Origin: a virus | Lineage: Duplodnaviria > Caudoviricetes | IMG/VR virus record: IMGVR_UViG_3300005841_000939 | Reading direction: 5' to 3' (one strand) | Length of the DNA: 64,000 nt | Shown here: in pieces, positions 10,585 to 20,172 of the stretch | How the letters are laid out: every line of letters begins with the position of its first letter | Numbering within the stretch: position 1 is the first letter of the stretch | Program-made: the position numbers and the translations under genes | The notes under the pieces: model-generated | Seen by the model: only the letters and a program-made list of their open reading frames with translations | The model's database searches: none | Told to the model about the DNA's origin: nothing

Positions 10585-11142
10585 ATGAATGCTGATTTAC
10601 CTGTAACTTATAATCCTAGCTTCATGTCAAAAGATGAAGCTGACAAAGCATTTAACGATTTATTGACGGGGTGTGCCTGGGTCCATCGCGATACTGCACC
10701 ACGTCAGGAATATTACGTCAATGCGTTCAATGTTTCATATACCTATGGTGCGGTTGCAAGAACCTATGAAGCGCAGCCCGAAATTGAGGCTATTCGCAAC
10801 ATTCGCTTGAAGTTAGAAGAATCCACCGGAACGAAGTTTGAAGTTTGCTTCTTGAATTATTACAAGGATCAGACTCAGCACTTAGGATGGCACTCCGACA
10901 ATTCTCCTGAAATGGATGATAATCGCCCCATCGCAATAATTTCCTTGGGTGTTGAAAGAGAAATTTGGTTCAGACCAATGGAAAAGTCTGATCGCAAGGA
11001 AGTCTTGTTGTTGAATCATGGATCCTTGGCATTGATGCATGCTGGAATGCAGGATACTTGGCAGCACCGAATTCCCAAATGCAGTCGCGTTTGTGGTGGC
11101 AGAATCAGCTTGACTTTCCGTGGATACGTTTCAAATCCTTGA
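10585..11142 (+). CDS. alkB: AlkB-family 2OG-Fe(II) dioxygenase
   Basis: LNYY..GWHSD (HxD), WQHRIP, RISLTFR; promoter TTGACT-N15-TAGACT at 10549. Confidence 0.88.
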   Translation: MNADLPVTYNPSFMSKDEADKAFNDLLTGCAWVHRDTAPRQEYYVNAFNVSYTYGAVARTYEAQPEIEAIRNIRLKLEESTGTKFEVCFLNYYKDQTQHLGWHSDNSPEMDDNRPIAIISLGVEREIWFRPMEKSDRKEVLLLNHGSLALMHAGMQDTWQHRIPKCSRVCGGRISLTFRGYVSNP

Positions 11143-11150
11143 GGTATAAT

Positions 11151-11402
11151 ATGTTTTCTGAATATCGGCCAATGACGGATGAAGAACGTTCCAAGAAAAC
11201 CAAAGAAGATGGTTTGGAAAAGGGTGTGACAGCTTGCAATCGTACTGCATGCCAAACGCCTTTGACCATTGGCGAACGGTTTTGGAATAAATCTACCAGA
11301 GCGTTTTATTGCAGATATTGCGCCAGAAGAATTAACAGTGGTACTAGCACAGGTGAAATCCTTTGCATACCGGAGTCTGAACGTGATCCCTCCATGGAAT
11401 AA
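11151..11402 (+). CDS. small Zn-finger protein
   Basis: CNRTAC..YCRYC. Confidence 0.65.
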   Translation: MFSEYRPMTDEERSKKTKEDGLEKGVTACNRTACQTPLTIGERFWNKSTRAFYCRYCARRINSGTSTGEILCIPESERDPSME

Positions 11403-11682
11403 AACACCACATAAGACTACCCTGAAACATGGTGATCTTGTTCGCACGATGGATGATACCGGAGCATTCGGTATGCAAGTTCGTGTTTGGGTTGCGCTTT
11501 ATGTAACTCCTGAAATGATTCATGGTAGCATATTTGCAAGCCGACCTGGTATCCATCTATTCAAAGGATACTGGTATGGCAAAGATCCATTAAACCCTCG
11601 CTCATATGGAAAAATCAATTCGCCACATGGAGTGAAGATCGGCAAAATCCGACATCATTCACAAGCAGTCGGAATTCTGTAA
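11269..11682 (+). CDS. hypothetical protein (true start probably near 11383)
   Basis: ORF fills gap in operon; 5' part overlaps upstream gene. Confidence 0.5.
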   Translation: MANGFGINLPERFIADIAPEELTVVLAQVKSFAYRSLNVIPPWNKTPHKTTLKHGDLVRTMDDTGAFGMQVRVWVALYVTPEMIHGSIFASRPGIHLFKGYWYGKDPLNPRSYGKINSPHGVKIGKIRHHSQAVGIL

Positions 11683-11930
11683 TGAGTAGCGTCCATAGTA
11701 CACATTGTTGTAAAAGGCATGGATGCAAATATGGTGATGACGAATGTCCTGTAGTTCTTGGAACTGAAACCCAAGAATATCATCAAGAATGTTGCGATAT
11801 AGTCGCTGAACATTTACTTGATGCATATCGCAAAATATATTATGATTTAAAAGAAAAAAATCGTGAACAAATCACAATCGCAGAAATCAAAGCAATCATT
11901 GATAAAGACAAACGTTATGATGGAGAGTAA
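11682..11930 (+). CDS. Cys/His-rich hypothetical protein
   Basis: HSTHCCKRHGCKYGDDECPV. Confidence 0.7.
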   Translation: MSSVHSTHCCKRHGCKYGDDECPVVLGTETQEYHQECCDIVAEHLLDAYRKIYYDLKEKNREQITIAEIKAIIDKDKRYDGE

Positions 11931-12186
11931 ACCAACATATATCAAAGGTGATTGGTATTCTGGTGTTCCTATTAGGAATAAGCAGACAGAAAAAGCATTG
12001 GCTTGGGAAATTGCATTGATGATTGCCGGCAGTGGATCAAAGCAGTTAGAAATTGCTTTAGAAGGCCACATTGGCGTTCAAAAATATACGGATGAACGAT
12101 TTGCTGAAAAGTTTTTAGAATATTGCACCAAACGCCATGATGATCATTGGTGGGAATTTACAGGATGGATTAGGACAGATGAATAA
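11917..12186 (+). CDS. hypothetical protein
   Basis: Packed ORF. Confidence 0.6.
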   Translation: MMESKPTYIKGDWYSGVPIRNKQTEKALAWEIALMIAGSGSKQLEIALEGHIGVQKYTDERFAEKFLEYCTKRHDDHWWEFTGWIRTDE

Positions 12187-13039
12187 AGATAAAATCAATG
12201 AAGTGTTTACCAAAAAATTTGGTAAAACACCTTTAGACGAAAGAATTTCTGACATTTTGAAACAAGCAAATAATCTTTCACGTTTTCAAAATGTGAAAGA
12301 TTTAAGAAAATATACAGGAAATCTTCTTGCATCTGTCATTCAACTTTGTAATGAAAATGATATTAACCCTGAAGAAGTAGTTAACAATTCTCTTGAATTG
12401 ATAACTAATGAATCATTTTTTTATGAGTCATTGGGAAGAAAAAAACGTATTGCAATTCTTGGCGGAGCATTTGATCCAGTTACCTTGGGTCATATTAGAA
12501 CTGCACAATTTGTTTTGAATGAAAGTCGTTGGGCTGATGAAGTATGGATGATGCCTGCTTATGCACATATGTATGGTAAAAAAATGGTGTCACCTGATCA
12601 TCGTATGAATATGCTGCATCGTGCTGTAATGGCTGATAGACGAATCAAAGCAAATAGCTTTGAAATAGATTTGAAGTTGTCGGGCGAAACATACAAAACA
12701 TCAAAAGCATTGGCAGAACAATATCCAGAATATGATTTTGCATTTATAATTGGCTTGGATAATGCTAATACCATAGAGAAATGGGTTAATTCAGAATATC
12801 TGATTGCTCATAGTACGTTCATTGTTGTACCAAGAGTTGGTATTGAAAGAAACAATCAAATAAATTGGTTTAACAATAAGCCACATATTTCATTGATGCA
12901 TTATGATCCACACTCATACATCGGAAATATTTCATCAAGCATGTACAAGCATCGCAGAGTTGATGGTCAAGATGTTTCCGACATCATGGATAAAACTGTG
13001 ATGGAATATATTGCATCACACAACCTCTATAGCATCTGA
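12179..13039 (+). CDS. nadD: nicotinate-nucleotide adenylyltransferase with extra N-terminal helical (MazG-like?) domain
   Basis: ILGGAFDPVTLGH, FIIGLDN, WVN, NISSS motifs; ~85-aa N-terminal extension. Confidence 0.85.
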   Translation: MNKDKINEVFTKKFGKTPLDERISDILKQANNLSRFQNVKDLRKYTGNLLASVIQLCNENDINPEEVVNNSLELITNESFFYESLGRKKRIAILGGAFDPVTLGHIRTAQFVLNESRWADEVWMMPAYAHMYGKKMVSPDHRMNMLHRAVMADRRIKANSFEIDLKLSGETYKTSKALAEQYPEYDFAFIIGLDNANTIEKWVNSEYLIAHSTFIVVPRVGIERNNQINWFNNKPHISLMHYDPHSYIGNISSSMYKHRRVDGQDVSDIMDKTVMEYIASHNLYSI

Positions 13040-13048
13040 GGAACTATC

Positions 13049-13351
13049 ATGACACCGAAAGAAGCTGAATTTCTTAAAGCATTAGCTGCAAGAATTCGTC
13101 ATGCAAGAATTATGGATGATATTGATGCTGCAAATGTGTTAGACAACATTGTTGCAAATAATCAATCGTCATTGCATATACCAATTTCTTTTGAAAATTT
13201 TAATAGAGAGAAAGTTATTGCGCATTTCATGACGTGCAATGAAGATACTAGGCACGTATTTTGTTTAGGATTAGCAAGTGGTTATGTTATCCTTAATGAA
13301 AATCGTCCAGTAAAAAATAAAAGCTGGTATCAAAGATTATTTGGATTCTAA
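13049..13351 (+). CDS. hypothetical protein
   Basis: ORF with GAGG upstream. Confidence 0.65.
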   Translation: MTPKEAEFLKALAARIRHARIMDDIDAANVLDNIVANNQSSLHIPISFENFNREKVIAHFMTCNEDTRHVFCLGLASGYVILNENRPVKNKSWYQRLFGF

Positions 13352-13558
13352 CGGTCCATATTTTCCAGATAGAACATCATTAATTTTATCTTGAGATAAA
13401 TACCCAGGATACACGCACACACCTTTATAGAATTGTGCGCATCCAAATCTCAAAACTTTGTTTGATTCAAACAATTCTTTGAATTCGTCTTCATCTAATT
13501 GTAGTGGCGAAGACCTATCCATATTGTTATAGACACGAAAATAATTAAACTTACTCAT
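13337..13558 (-). CDS. hypothetical protein
   Basis: ORF overlapping upstream stop. Confidence 0.55.
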   Translation of the reverse strand: MSKFNYFRVYNNMDRSSPLQLDEDEFKELFESNKVLRFGCAQFYKGVCVYPGYLSQDKINDVLSGKYGPLESK

Positions 13559-13862
13559 GAGTATCATCCAAATCCAAAACCTTATACACAACAAATTCAT
13601 AATTTTTATCAAAAGTAGAAGTTTGCCACTTCATAGATAAATCGTCAGTTTGCCAATTGATAGGTGGAACAGTTCTTTCAAGGAGTTTATACTTTTCCCA
13701 TTCAATAGGATCCGATTTTGAACTAGGACGTTTATATTTCGCAATCCATTTTTCAAGTTCAGATTTTAAACTTTCTGCTTTTTGTTCATCTGATGTTGCT
13801 CCGATAGGAAGCTCAAAATGTTCATCGTAAAAATGATAAATCAAGGTTATGACATACTTCAT
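13551..13862 (-). CDS. hypothetical protein
   Basis: ORF; TTGACT-N16-CATACT upstream. Confidence 0.65.
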   Translation of the reverse strand: MKYVITLIYHFYDEHFELPIGATSDEQKAESLKSELEKWIAKYKRPSSKSDPIEWEKYKLLERTVPPINWQTDDLSMKWQTSTFDKNYEFVVYKVLDLDDTHE

Positions 13863-13945
13863 GATTTCAGCAGTATGAACAGATAGACCTATAAGTCAAG
13901 AGTTATTTTAAAACCTGTTCAAGCCATTACCTGACATTTGGTAAA

Positions 13946-14362
13946 TCATTTATTACCGAAATCAGGATAGAAGTTATCATCATACAGTCTATCATTATCG
14001 GTTGGTGGTTTGTTCCAATACGAATATTGGCTTGATCTAAAAACTTCTTGTACAGAATCTAAAGCAGTCTTTCTTTTTGTATTATCTGGTGCTTTAGACG
14101 CTACTGGTAATTGTACTTGTTTAGGTTCTTTTACGACTTCAATTGGTTCAACTTTGCTTGTAATGCCATATGAAGCTTCCATTAACAATGAAATAAGCTC
14201 CGCCATTCGTGGGATTGGTATAAATTTTAGAGTATTTGGGTAAATACGTCCATTGGCACCAGGATAAATCAAATCAATTTTAGCACGAATGGCGGTATTG
14301 TGTTTATACCATTCGGTCTTATAAAGTCTTTCAAATAGGGCAATTTGCTTTTCAGTCGCCAT
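13946..14362 (-). CDS. hypothetical protein
   Basis: ORF. Confidence 0.65.
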   Translation of the reverse strand: MATEKQIALFERLYKTEWYKHNTAIRAKIDLIYPGANGRIYPNTLKFIPIPRMAELISLLMEASYGITSKVEPIEVVKEPKQVQLPVASKAPDNTKRKTALDSVQEVFRSSQYSYWNKPPTDNDRLYDDNFYPDFGNK

Positions 14363-14380
14363 ATTTGAAATTTTATTCAA

Positions 14381-15013
14381 TTATTTTTGTTTTGCAGCAA
14401 TCATTTCTGTAGAAGAAAAGAATGGACCTATATCTCTATTGTTTGGGAAAATCATCGTCCAGGAAAAATCAATGGCAGTTATAATAATGTCATCCCAATA
14501 TGAAGTCCAGTCAAACAGTTTCTTATTATGTGTAATGAGTAATGCCATATCATCATTAACTTCATTCCAAATATAATATCCTGCAGTAACATCTTGTGAA
14601 AAATAATGGCATAGTGCCTCAAATCCAGTGACATGAGGAGTATTACCTAACAAAAATGAATTATAATCAAAATCTTTCACTTTCCATCTTTTATATTTTT
14701 GATGAAGATGTATAGAGAAAGTTTTTCTCCATTTCTTTTTACCTTTCTTCAATGCTTTAGGTCCACGCATCATCGCTCGTTCATGGACCTCATGTTTTTC
14801 TGATGTTATCCTCTTTAAAAAGTTTGGTGTTTCTAAATTTTCATATGGATTGAAGATAAAATTATTTACAGTAGTGTTAGAACTTGTTGAATTATAAGAA
14901 ATAGACACAGTTGCTGCCGTATTTGTCGCATTAAAAGCAAAAGTTGATGGAAATACTGAATATGAAGGCGTAGGTATCATAGCAGATTTACCTATTGGAA
15001 GAACAGTACCCAT
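14381..15013 (-). CDS. hypothetical phage protein
   Basis: ORF; TTGACA-N17-TATAGT upstream; C-term YIWNE..DIIITAIDFSWTMIF. Confidence 0.65.
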   Translation of the reverse strand: MGTVLPIGKSAMIPTPSYSVFPSTFAFNATNTAATVSISYNSTSSNTTVNNFIFNPYENLETPNFLKRITSEKHEVHERAMMRGPKALKKGKKKWRKTFSIHLHQKYKRWKVKDFDYNSFLLGNTPHVTGFEALCHYFSQDVTAGYYIWNEVNDDMALLITHNKKLFDWTSYWDDIIITAIDFSWTMIFPNNRDIGPFFSSTEMIAAKQK

Positions 15014-15100
15014 GATACCTAGAACTATATATGATGCACTTATGAATGTCAAGGATATATGGTTGATCTCCTATTTCATTGATGTATACTTTTGACCATT

Positions 15101-15343
15101 ATGTCAAAATTCCCACAACCAAAAACAATGCCAACTCCTCCAACCAATGAAGAATTTGAAATTGCAAATATAATTTTCACTTCTGATTCAAAAGAAGTTA
15201 AGGAAAAAATCCTAAAAATAAGTAAAAAAACAGAGGCCAAGAAAACCATAAAGAAATTGACCAAGGACTTATTCCGAGATATAAAGACTTTGGAAAAAGC
15301 TGTCATGCATGCGAATAATTGCCTTAAAGAATTGGATAAGTAA
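15101..15343 (+). CDS. hypothetical protein
   Basis: ORF behind TTGATC-N16-TATACT. Confidence 0.6.
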   Translation: MSKFPQPKTMPTPPTNEEFEIANIIFTSDSKEVKEKILKISKKTEAKKTIKKLTKDLFRDIKTLEKAVMHANNCLKELDK

Positions 15344-15385
15344 TCAATATATTGACTTGGTTTTCTAAATCGTAAAATAAAAAAC

Positions 15386-15583
15386 ATGAATCGTTTTATA
15401 GAATTTCTTGAAAAGTTCTGCCTTGAATATGGAATATTCATATTATTTGGATTATTCATTATCGCCTGGGCTATTATAAATCACTACAAGGATAAAGATG
15501 ATTTAGAGCGCATGAAGATTCAAGCTCAAATCCAGGTTCAAATAAACGCATCATCTCAATCTCAGGTTCCTGAGAAAAAGTAA
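15386..15583 (+). CDS. small membrane protein
   Basis: Single TM segment. Confidence 0.6.
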   Translation: MNRFIEFLEKFCLEYGIFILFGLFIIAWAIINHYKDKDDLERMKIQAQIQVQINASSQSQVPEKK

Positions 15584-15939
15584 TGAAAGCTAAACTTAAA
15601 AAACAATGGTTAAAAGCTTTACGCTCTGGAAAATATAATCAGGGTCGGGCTAATCTTGTAAAATCAACAGAAACCCAAATACATCACTGTTGTTTAGGTG
15701 TTCTTTGTGATGTTCTTGTGCAAAATGGCAAGGATATGACATATGTTCAAGAAGAAAATAGCTATGAAGGGTTTATGTATTCAAAACATAACCTTCTTAT
15801 GTTAGATGATTTGACAAGCGATTTAAGAAAAGATATAGGTATAAGTGAAGAAATTCAAAACAAACTCATAAAAATGAATGATGAGTATTTCTGCACGTTT
15901 GAAGAAATTGCTGATTACATAGAAAAAGAAAAAATATAA
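15583..15939 (+). CDS. paralog family A, copy 1
   Basis: WLKALRSGKYNQ..HCCLGVLC..MND..F.EIAD.I. Confidence 0.8.
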   Translation: MKAKLKKQWLKALRSGKYNQGRANLVKSTETQIHHCCLGVLCDVLVQNGKDMTYVQEENSYEGFMYSKHNLLMLDDLTSDLRKDIGISEEIQNKLIKMNDEYFCTFEEIADYIEKEKI

Positions 15940-15947
15940 GGAAAACC

Positions 15948-16298
15948 ATGGACAAGAACATAAAAAAGAAATGGGTTAAAGCCCTTCGCTCTGGCAAATA
16001 TAAACAAACAACAACAGATTTATGTGATATTACTTCTAATACACATTGTTGTTTAGGTGTACTATGTGAAGTACTTATTAAAGATGGTCACAATATAAGA
16101 AAAACAACGGATGGTTGTTTTAGTTTTAACAAAAAAAGAAAAATGGGAGGTCAATTAAGTACTCCATTGTTAAATCATGTTGGATTGACTGCTGAACAGC
16201 AAACATATTTAATTCATTTAAATGATGAGAAAGAATGGTCATTTAAACACATTGCTGATGCAATTGCAAAAGATGAATTAGATGAAACGGATATTTAA
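15948..16298 (+). CDS. paralog family A, copy 2
   Basis: WVKALRSGKYKQ..HCCLGVLC..LND..F..IAD. Confidence 0.8.
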   Translation: MDKNIKKKWVKALRSGKYKQTTTDLCDITSNTHCCLGVLCEVLIKDGHNIRKTTDGCFSFNKKRKMGGQLSTPLLNHVGLTAEQQTYLIHLNDEKEWSFKHIADAIAKDELDETDI

Positions 16299-16306
16299 GA
16301 ATAATC

Positions 16307-16636
16307 ATGAAGAAAAAACTCAAAAAGAAATGGGTTAAAGCCCTTCGCTCTGGTAAATATGATCAAGGTACAGGGGGACTACACAGTGAAGATGACAATA
16401 CACATTGTTGTTTAGGTGTATTATGTGAGGTCCTCGTCAAAAAAGATAAAAAGAATTTCAGTAAACATGGTGATTCTTTTATATTTAATAATAAACGTAT
16501 GTTAGGTGAATTAAATGATGAATTACTTAAAAAGGTCAAGATTACTGACGAACAGCAAGTAGAACTAATTTGTATGAATGATTCTGATGATATGTCATTC
16601 AAAAAAATTGCAAAATACATAGAAAAAAATCTGTAA
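16307..16636 (+). CDS. paralog family A, copy 3
   Basis: WVKALRSGKYDQ..HCCLGVLC..MND..F.KIA. Confidence 0.8.
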   Translation: MKKKLKKKWVKALRSGKYDQGTGGLHSEDDNTHCCLGVLCEVLVKKDKKNFSKHGDSFIFNNKRMLGELNDELLKKVKITDEQQVELICMNDSDDMSFKKIAKYIEKNL

Positions 16637-16641
16637 TTGTT

Positions 16642-16875
16642 TTGATAAAGAAACCCCATTTTAATATAGAAGATGCAATATCTGATTACAAAGATTTTGA
16701 CTCCTATATTAAAATGGCAAATTATCATTTAGAAACTGAACCTGCAACATTAGCAGTAATAGATCATATTAATTTAAAAATTAACAGACATACTGATCCA
16801 AATGATCTTGTAAGAATTTTAGGATATGGATGGATTATCAGATTTAAATTTTTAAAAGAATTATATGTTAAATAA
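16642..16875 (+). CDS. hypothetical protein
   Basis: Packed ORF. Confidence 0.5.
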   Translation: MIKKPHFNIEDAISDYKDFDSYIKMANYHLETEPATLAVIDHINLKINRHTDPNDLVRILGYGWIIRFKFLKELYVK

Positions 16876-17167
16876 TCAAAAAGAATTATTTGATGGAAAA
16901 ATTGAAGATACATTAGAAATTTCTTTATTTATTGCGGGCAGAAAAACAAAATTTGATTACAGTTTTCTTTATCAAGAATTACAACATAGATGTGTTAGAG
17001 GATATAGATGTCCTATTAAAAGAACATCTATACGGTCCAGGCATCTTCCTGGAATCATTATGATGTTTTTACATAAGAAAAACCTAGACATTACTAAGTC
17101 AAGGGTTAGTATGAAAACATGCCAATCGTTATCTCATCTGAGGATGTCCTTAAACATAAAATTCTGA
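16865..17167 (+). CDS. hypothetical protein
   Basis: Packed ORF, overlaps next gene. Confidence 0.45.
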   Translation: MLNNQKELFDGKIEDTLEISLFIAGRKTKFDYSFLYQELQHRCVRGYRCPIKRTSIRSRHLPGIIMMFLHKKNLDITKSRVSMKTCQSLSHLRMSLNIKF

Positions 17168-17586
17168 AAGCCTTGCTTAAAGAATATAAGCCTGAGGAAA
17201 ATATTCCATTTGATGTTGATGAAAAGGGTGCAGCTACAGGTACCAAGACTATCAGACTTGAGATTTCAGACGATTGGAAAACGGCCAAGTTCGTTATCAT
17301 AAGCAATTATGCCAATAAATTGCAAGTTGATGTGATTTCATATATTTTTAAAAATGCTAGAATCCATCGTGATTTTGATATAGAAGATGATAGAGAAGGA
17401 ATTTGGTATAGAACCTATGATGATGCAGTAAAGCATATTGATGAAGAAAAAGATTATCACACTAGGACTAATCCATATTCGCTGTTTTTAGGGTGTGGTT
17501 CAAATATATGCGTATTTTGTAAAGAATATTTCAAATATGGAGTTATGCCTAAAGCATTGCCATATTCAACTGTTCCAACAATTTGA
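17119..17586 (+). CDS. paralog family B, copy 1 (C-terminal GCG-x3-CxFC)
   Basis: DWKTA..GCGSNICVFC..GVMP. Confidence 0.8.
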   Translation: MPIVISSEDVLKHKILKALLKEYKPEENIPFDVDEKGAATGTKTIRLEISDDWKTAKFVIISNYANKLQVDVISYIFKNARIHRDFDIEDDREGIWYRTYDDAVKHIDEEKDYHTRTNPYSLFLGCGSNICVFCKEYFKYGVMPKALPYSTVPTI

Positions 17587-17588
17587 TC

Positions 17589-18053
17589 ATGCAATTAATT
17601 TCGGTTGATGACATCAAACGTCATAAGATCATTTCTAGGTTAATTAAAATTAGACCTCCTGTAATTGATAAACCTATTGATAATAATGCACTTGTATCTA
17701 ATCGCATAGAAATTGCCAATGATTGGAAATCTGCTAAAATAATTATTAAAACAGAATATCCAAAAATAATTATTTTTTTCCAAATGAATTTTAAAATTAA
17801 AAACACAAAATGTGTTTATTCAGATCATACTGATGAAAGTATTTGGTTTAAAGATTTATCATATGCAATTGATCATGCAAAAAAGTTTGACAATATGATA
17901 AAGACAATGAAAAATCATAGTCTCGCACATTATATAAGAAAACATCTTAATTCGCCGCATATTGGATGTGGCAACGATTCTTGTGCATTTTGTATGTTGT
18001 ATTCTAACACTGGTATCATGCCAACTTCACTCCCAACTATTCCAAAATTTTAA
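17589..18053 (+). CDS. paralog family B, copy 2
   Basis: DWKSA..GCGNDSCAFC..GIMP. Confidence 0.8.
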   Translation: MQLISVDDIKRHKIISRLIKIRPPVIDKPIDNNALVSNRIEIANDWKSAKIIIKTEYPKIIIFFQMNFKIKNTKCVYSDHTDESIWFKDLSYAIDHAKKFDNMIKTMKNHSLAHYIRKHLNSPHIGCGNDSCAFCMLYSNTGIMPTSLPTIPKF

Positions 18054-18056
18054 ATC

Positions 18057-18527
18057 ATGAAATTCATTACAGAATTGGATATTAAGCAGCATAAAATTAT
18101 AAACTATTTAATTAAACAGGGTGCTCCATATGATAATAAACCTATTGTATCGCCTTTCGGAGAAACAGGTTTTTCATCAAGCAAAATTATAATTGAAGAT
18201 AATTGGAAATCTGCAAAAGTATATATGCTAAATGAATATGCCGGTTATATATTAATAACTTTATTCAACTATGATATTAAAAATATAAAATGCATCTATA
18301 AAGGATATTCTGACACTCAGTGTTGGTTTAAAGATATTAAACTTGCAATTGAACATGTAAAACATGAGGAAACCATGATAGATAAACTTAAACAACATTA
18401 TAATGTTAAAATTGGTGAATATGGTTTTCCAAAATTTGGTTGTGGTAAAACAGGTTGTACATTTTGTATGATGTATGAAAAGACTGGCGTAATGCCAACC
18501 ACACTTCCAACTATTCCAATATTATGA
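18057..18527 (+). CDS. paralog family B, copy 3
   Basis: NWKSA..GCGKTGCTFC..GVMP. Confidence 0.8.
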   Translation: MKFITELDIKQHKIINYLIKQGAPYDNKPIVSPFGETGFSSSKIIIEDNWKSAKVYMLNEYAGYILITLFNYDIKNIKCIYKGYSDTQCWFKDIKLAIEHVKHEETMIDKLKQHYNVKIGEYGFPKFGCGKTGCTFCMMYEKTGVMPTTLPTIPIL

Positions 18528-18772
18528 ATATTACTGAAAGAGAAATAATTGATGAATTAATTCATCGCAGAAAAAGAGAAGATGAATCAACTTCTCTAGG
18601 TAGAATAAATACACCTGATTTTTGGCATATGAAACATGCATTTGAAAGAATAAGAAATGTTAAAATAGATAGAAATTTTTATAATAAAACCGCTAGATTA
18701 CAAGATGTATGGATGTTTATTCATAATTATCTAAAAGATAAAAATATTGGTGATCTAAAATACGATGAGTAA
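18524..18772 (+). CDS. hypothetical protein
   Basis: ATGA overlap. Confidence 0.6.
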   Translation: MNITEREIIDELIHRRKREDESTSLGRINTPDFWHMKHAFERIRNVKIDRNFYNKTARLQDVWMFIHNYLKDKNIGDLKYDE

Positions 18773-19037
18773 ATATAAAAAGTATAACAATTATAATAAT
18801 GTATGGCATAAAGTATTTGATCCTGCCATGCATAAAAATGATGCTACAGATATTCAAAAATATATTGACAACGTATCTGAAAATGATTTAATAGAATATA
18901 TTCAAACGGTTGTTCTAGATAATCGTGTAAAGATTAATCGTCACGATCAACATATATTCCAGCCCTATACTGATGATATATTTTGCATTATCGCTGAATT
19001 TTTATATAATAGGTATCACTGCTGTACAATAAAGTAG
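18765..19037 (+). CDS. hypothetical protein
   Basis: Packed ORF. Confidence 0.55.
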   Translation: MSKYKKYNNYNNVWHKVFDPAMHKNDATDIQKYIDNVSENDLIEYIQTVVLDNRVKINRHDQHIFQPYTDDIFCIIAEFLYNRYHCCTIK

Positions 19038-19072
19038 CTTGACATCATCATATAAGGTGTACTATTCAAGGT

Positions 19073-19534
19073 ATGCCAATCATTGTTGATGATTTGTTTA
19101 TTAAGCGTCACAAGGCTCTGCAGGCTTTATTTAAACGGGATATTCCTGTAGAAAATGCGCCTAGTACACTTACTAGTTACAATAAAAAAGAATATGGTGT
19201 ACGTAAAGTTGTCATTGAAATTGCGGAAGATTGGCAATCAGCCGCGCAATTAACTGTTAACGATTTTCCAAGTTGTGTATATATTGAAGTAAATTTATTT
19301 AAAATTACAGGATCTAGGATTAAACTTCTAGATCAAGATGATCCAAGACATGGACATTGGCATAAAACATATCAAACAGCAATGGATCATTTTGCAGATG
19401 CTGAAAAATGGTTTAAAGGTCGTATTTTAAACCAAGCATTTAATGGATGTGGTGCATGGTATTGTCATTTTTGTAATGAATTTAAAAAGACAAATATCAT
19501 ACCATCGTCAGTTCCACCAGTTCCACAGGTTTAA
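19073..19534 (+). CDS. paralog family B, copy 4
   Basis: DWQSA..GCGAWYCHFC; own promoter TTGACA-N15-TACTAT at 19039, leaderless. Confidence 0.8.
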   Translation: MPIIVDDLFIKRHKALQALFKRDIPVENAPSTLTSYNKKEYGVRKVVIEIAEDWQSAAQLTVNDFPSCVYIEVNLFKITGSRIKLLDQDDPRHGHWHKTYQTAMDHFADAEKWFKGRILNQAFNGCGAWYCHFCNEFKKTNIIPSSVPPVPQV

Positions 19535-19536
19535 TC

Positions 19537-19767
19537 ATGCCAAACTACTCTGCTGATCTAGGTCGTTGGGAAGAAGGTATCGTTGTCTCATTTCATGCAA
19601 GAAATGAGGACGATGCCATTGAAAAAGCAATTGCCCTCAAAGAAAAGAATATCAAAGAGGGCAAGCTGAAAGACAATGCGATGGTGGTTCAGATTGGCGA
19701 AGTCCTGTCAAATAAAACCAACAGACGTATTTTCTATGACTATATGAATGGTCATATGCAGAATTAG
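19537..19767 (+). CDS. hypothetical protein
   Basis: Packed ORF. Confidence 0.6.
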   Translation: MPNYSADLGRWEEGIVVSFHARNEDDAIEKAIALKEKNIKEGKLKDNAMVVQIGEVLSNKTNRRIFYDYMNGHMQN

Positions 19768-20081
19768 TTCCAAGGTGGAACTGGAATTGATTTTCTAGTT
19801 TTCTCAATTTCTGCTTCACGCAGTTGATGCTTCAACTTAAATGCGTGATACCAAATAGCCTTCATTAATGCTTTTTTAGCTTCTTCTATAGATTCAAAAT
19901 CAGACGAAAATGATATGTGTCCATACCAGGTATACACATATCCTAAGTGTTTATATTCTTTAACAAGCAAATAATGCCCATTATGATTAATGACATTCCA
20001 TTTACTTCCACAAGGTTTAATTTCATAACTTGCTTTAATTTTAAATAATTTATCAAACCAAGTTCTCGTAGTTTTTCTCAT
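19764..20081 (-). CDS. hypothetical protein
   Basis: ORF. Confidence 0.65.
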   Translation of the reverse strand: MRKTTRTWFDKLFKIKASYEIKPCGSKWNVINHNGHYLLVKEYKHLGYVYTWYGHISFSSDFESIEEAKKALMKAIWYHAFKLKHQLREAEIEKTRKSIPVPPWN

Positions 20082-20172
20082 GATTGTTTATATTGTACAA
20101 ACAAATTTTGTATGGCCTACATAATTTTAAGGAATTAACTTAACCTTATATATAGATTTGTTGGAATAAATA

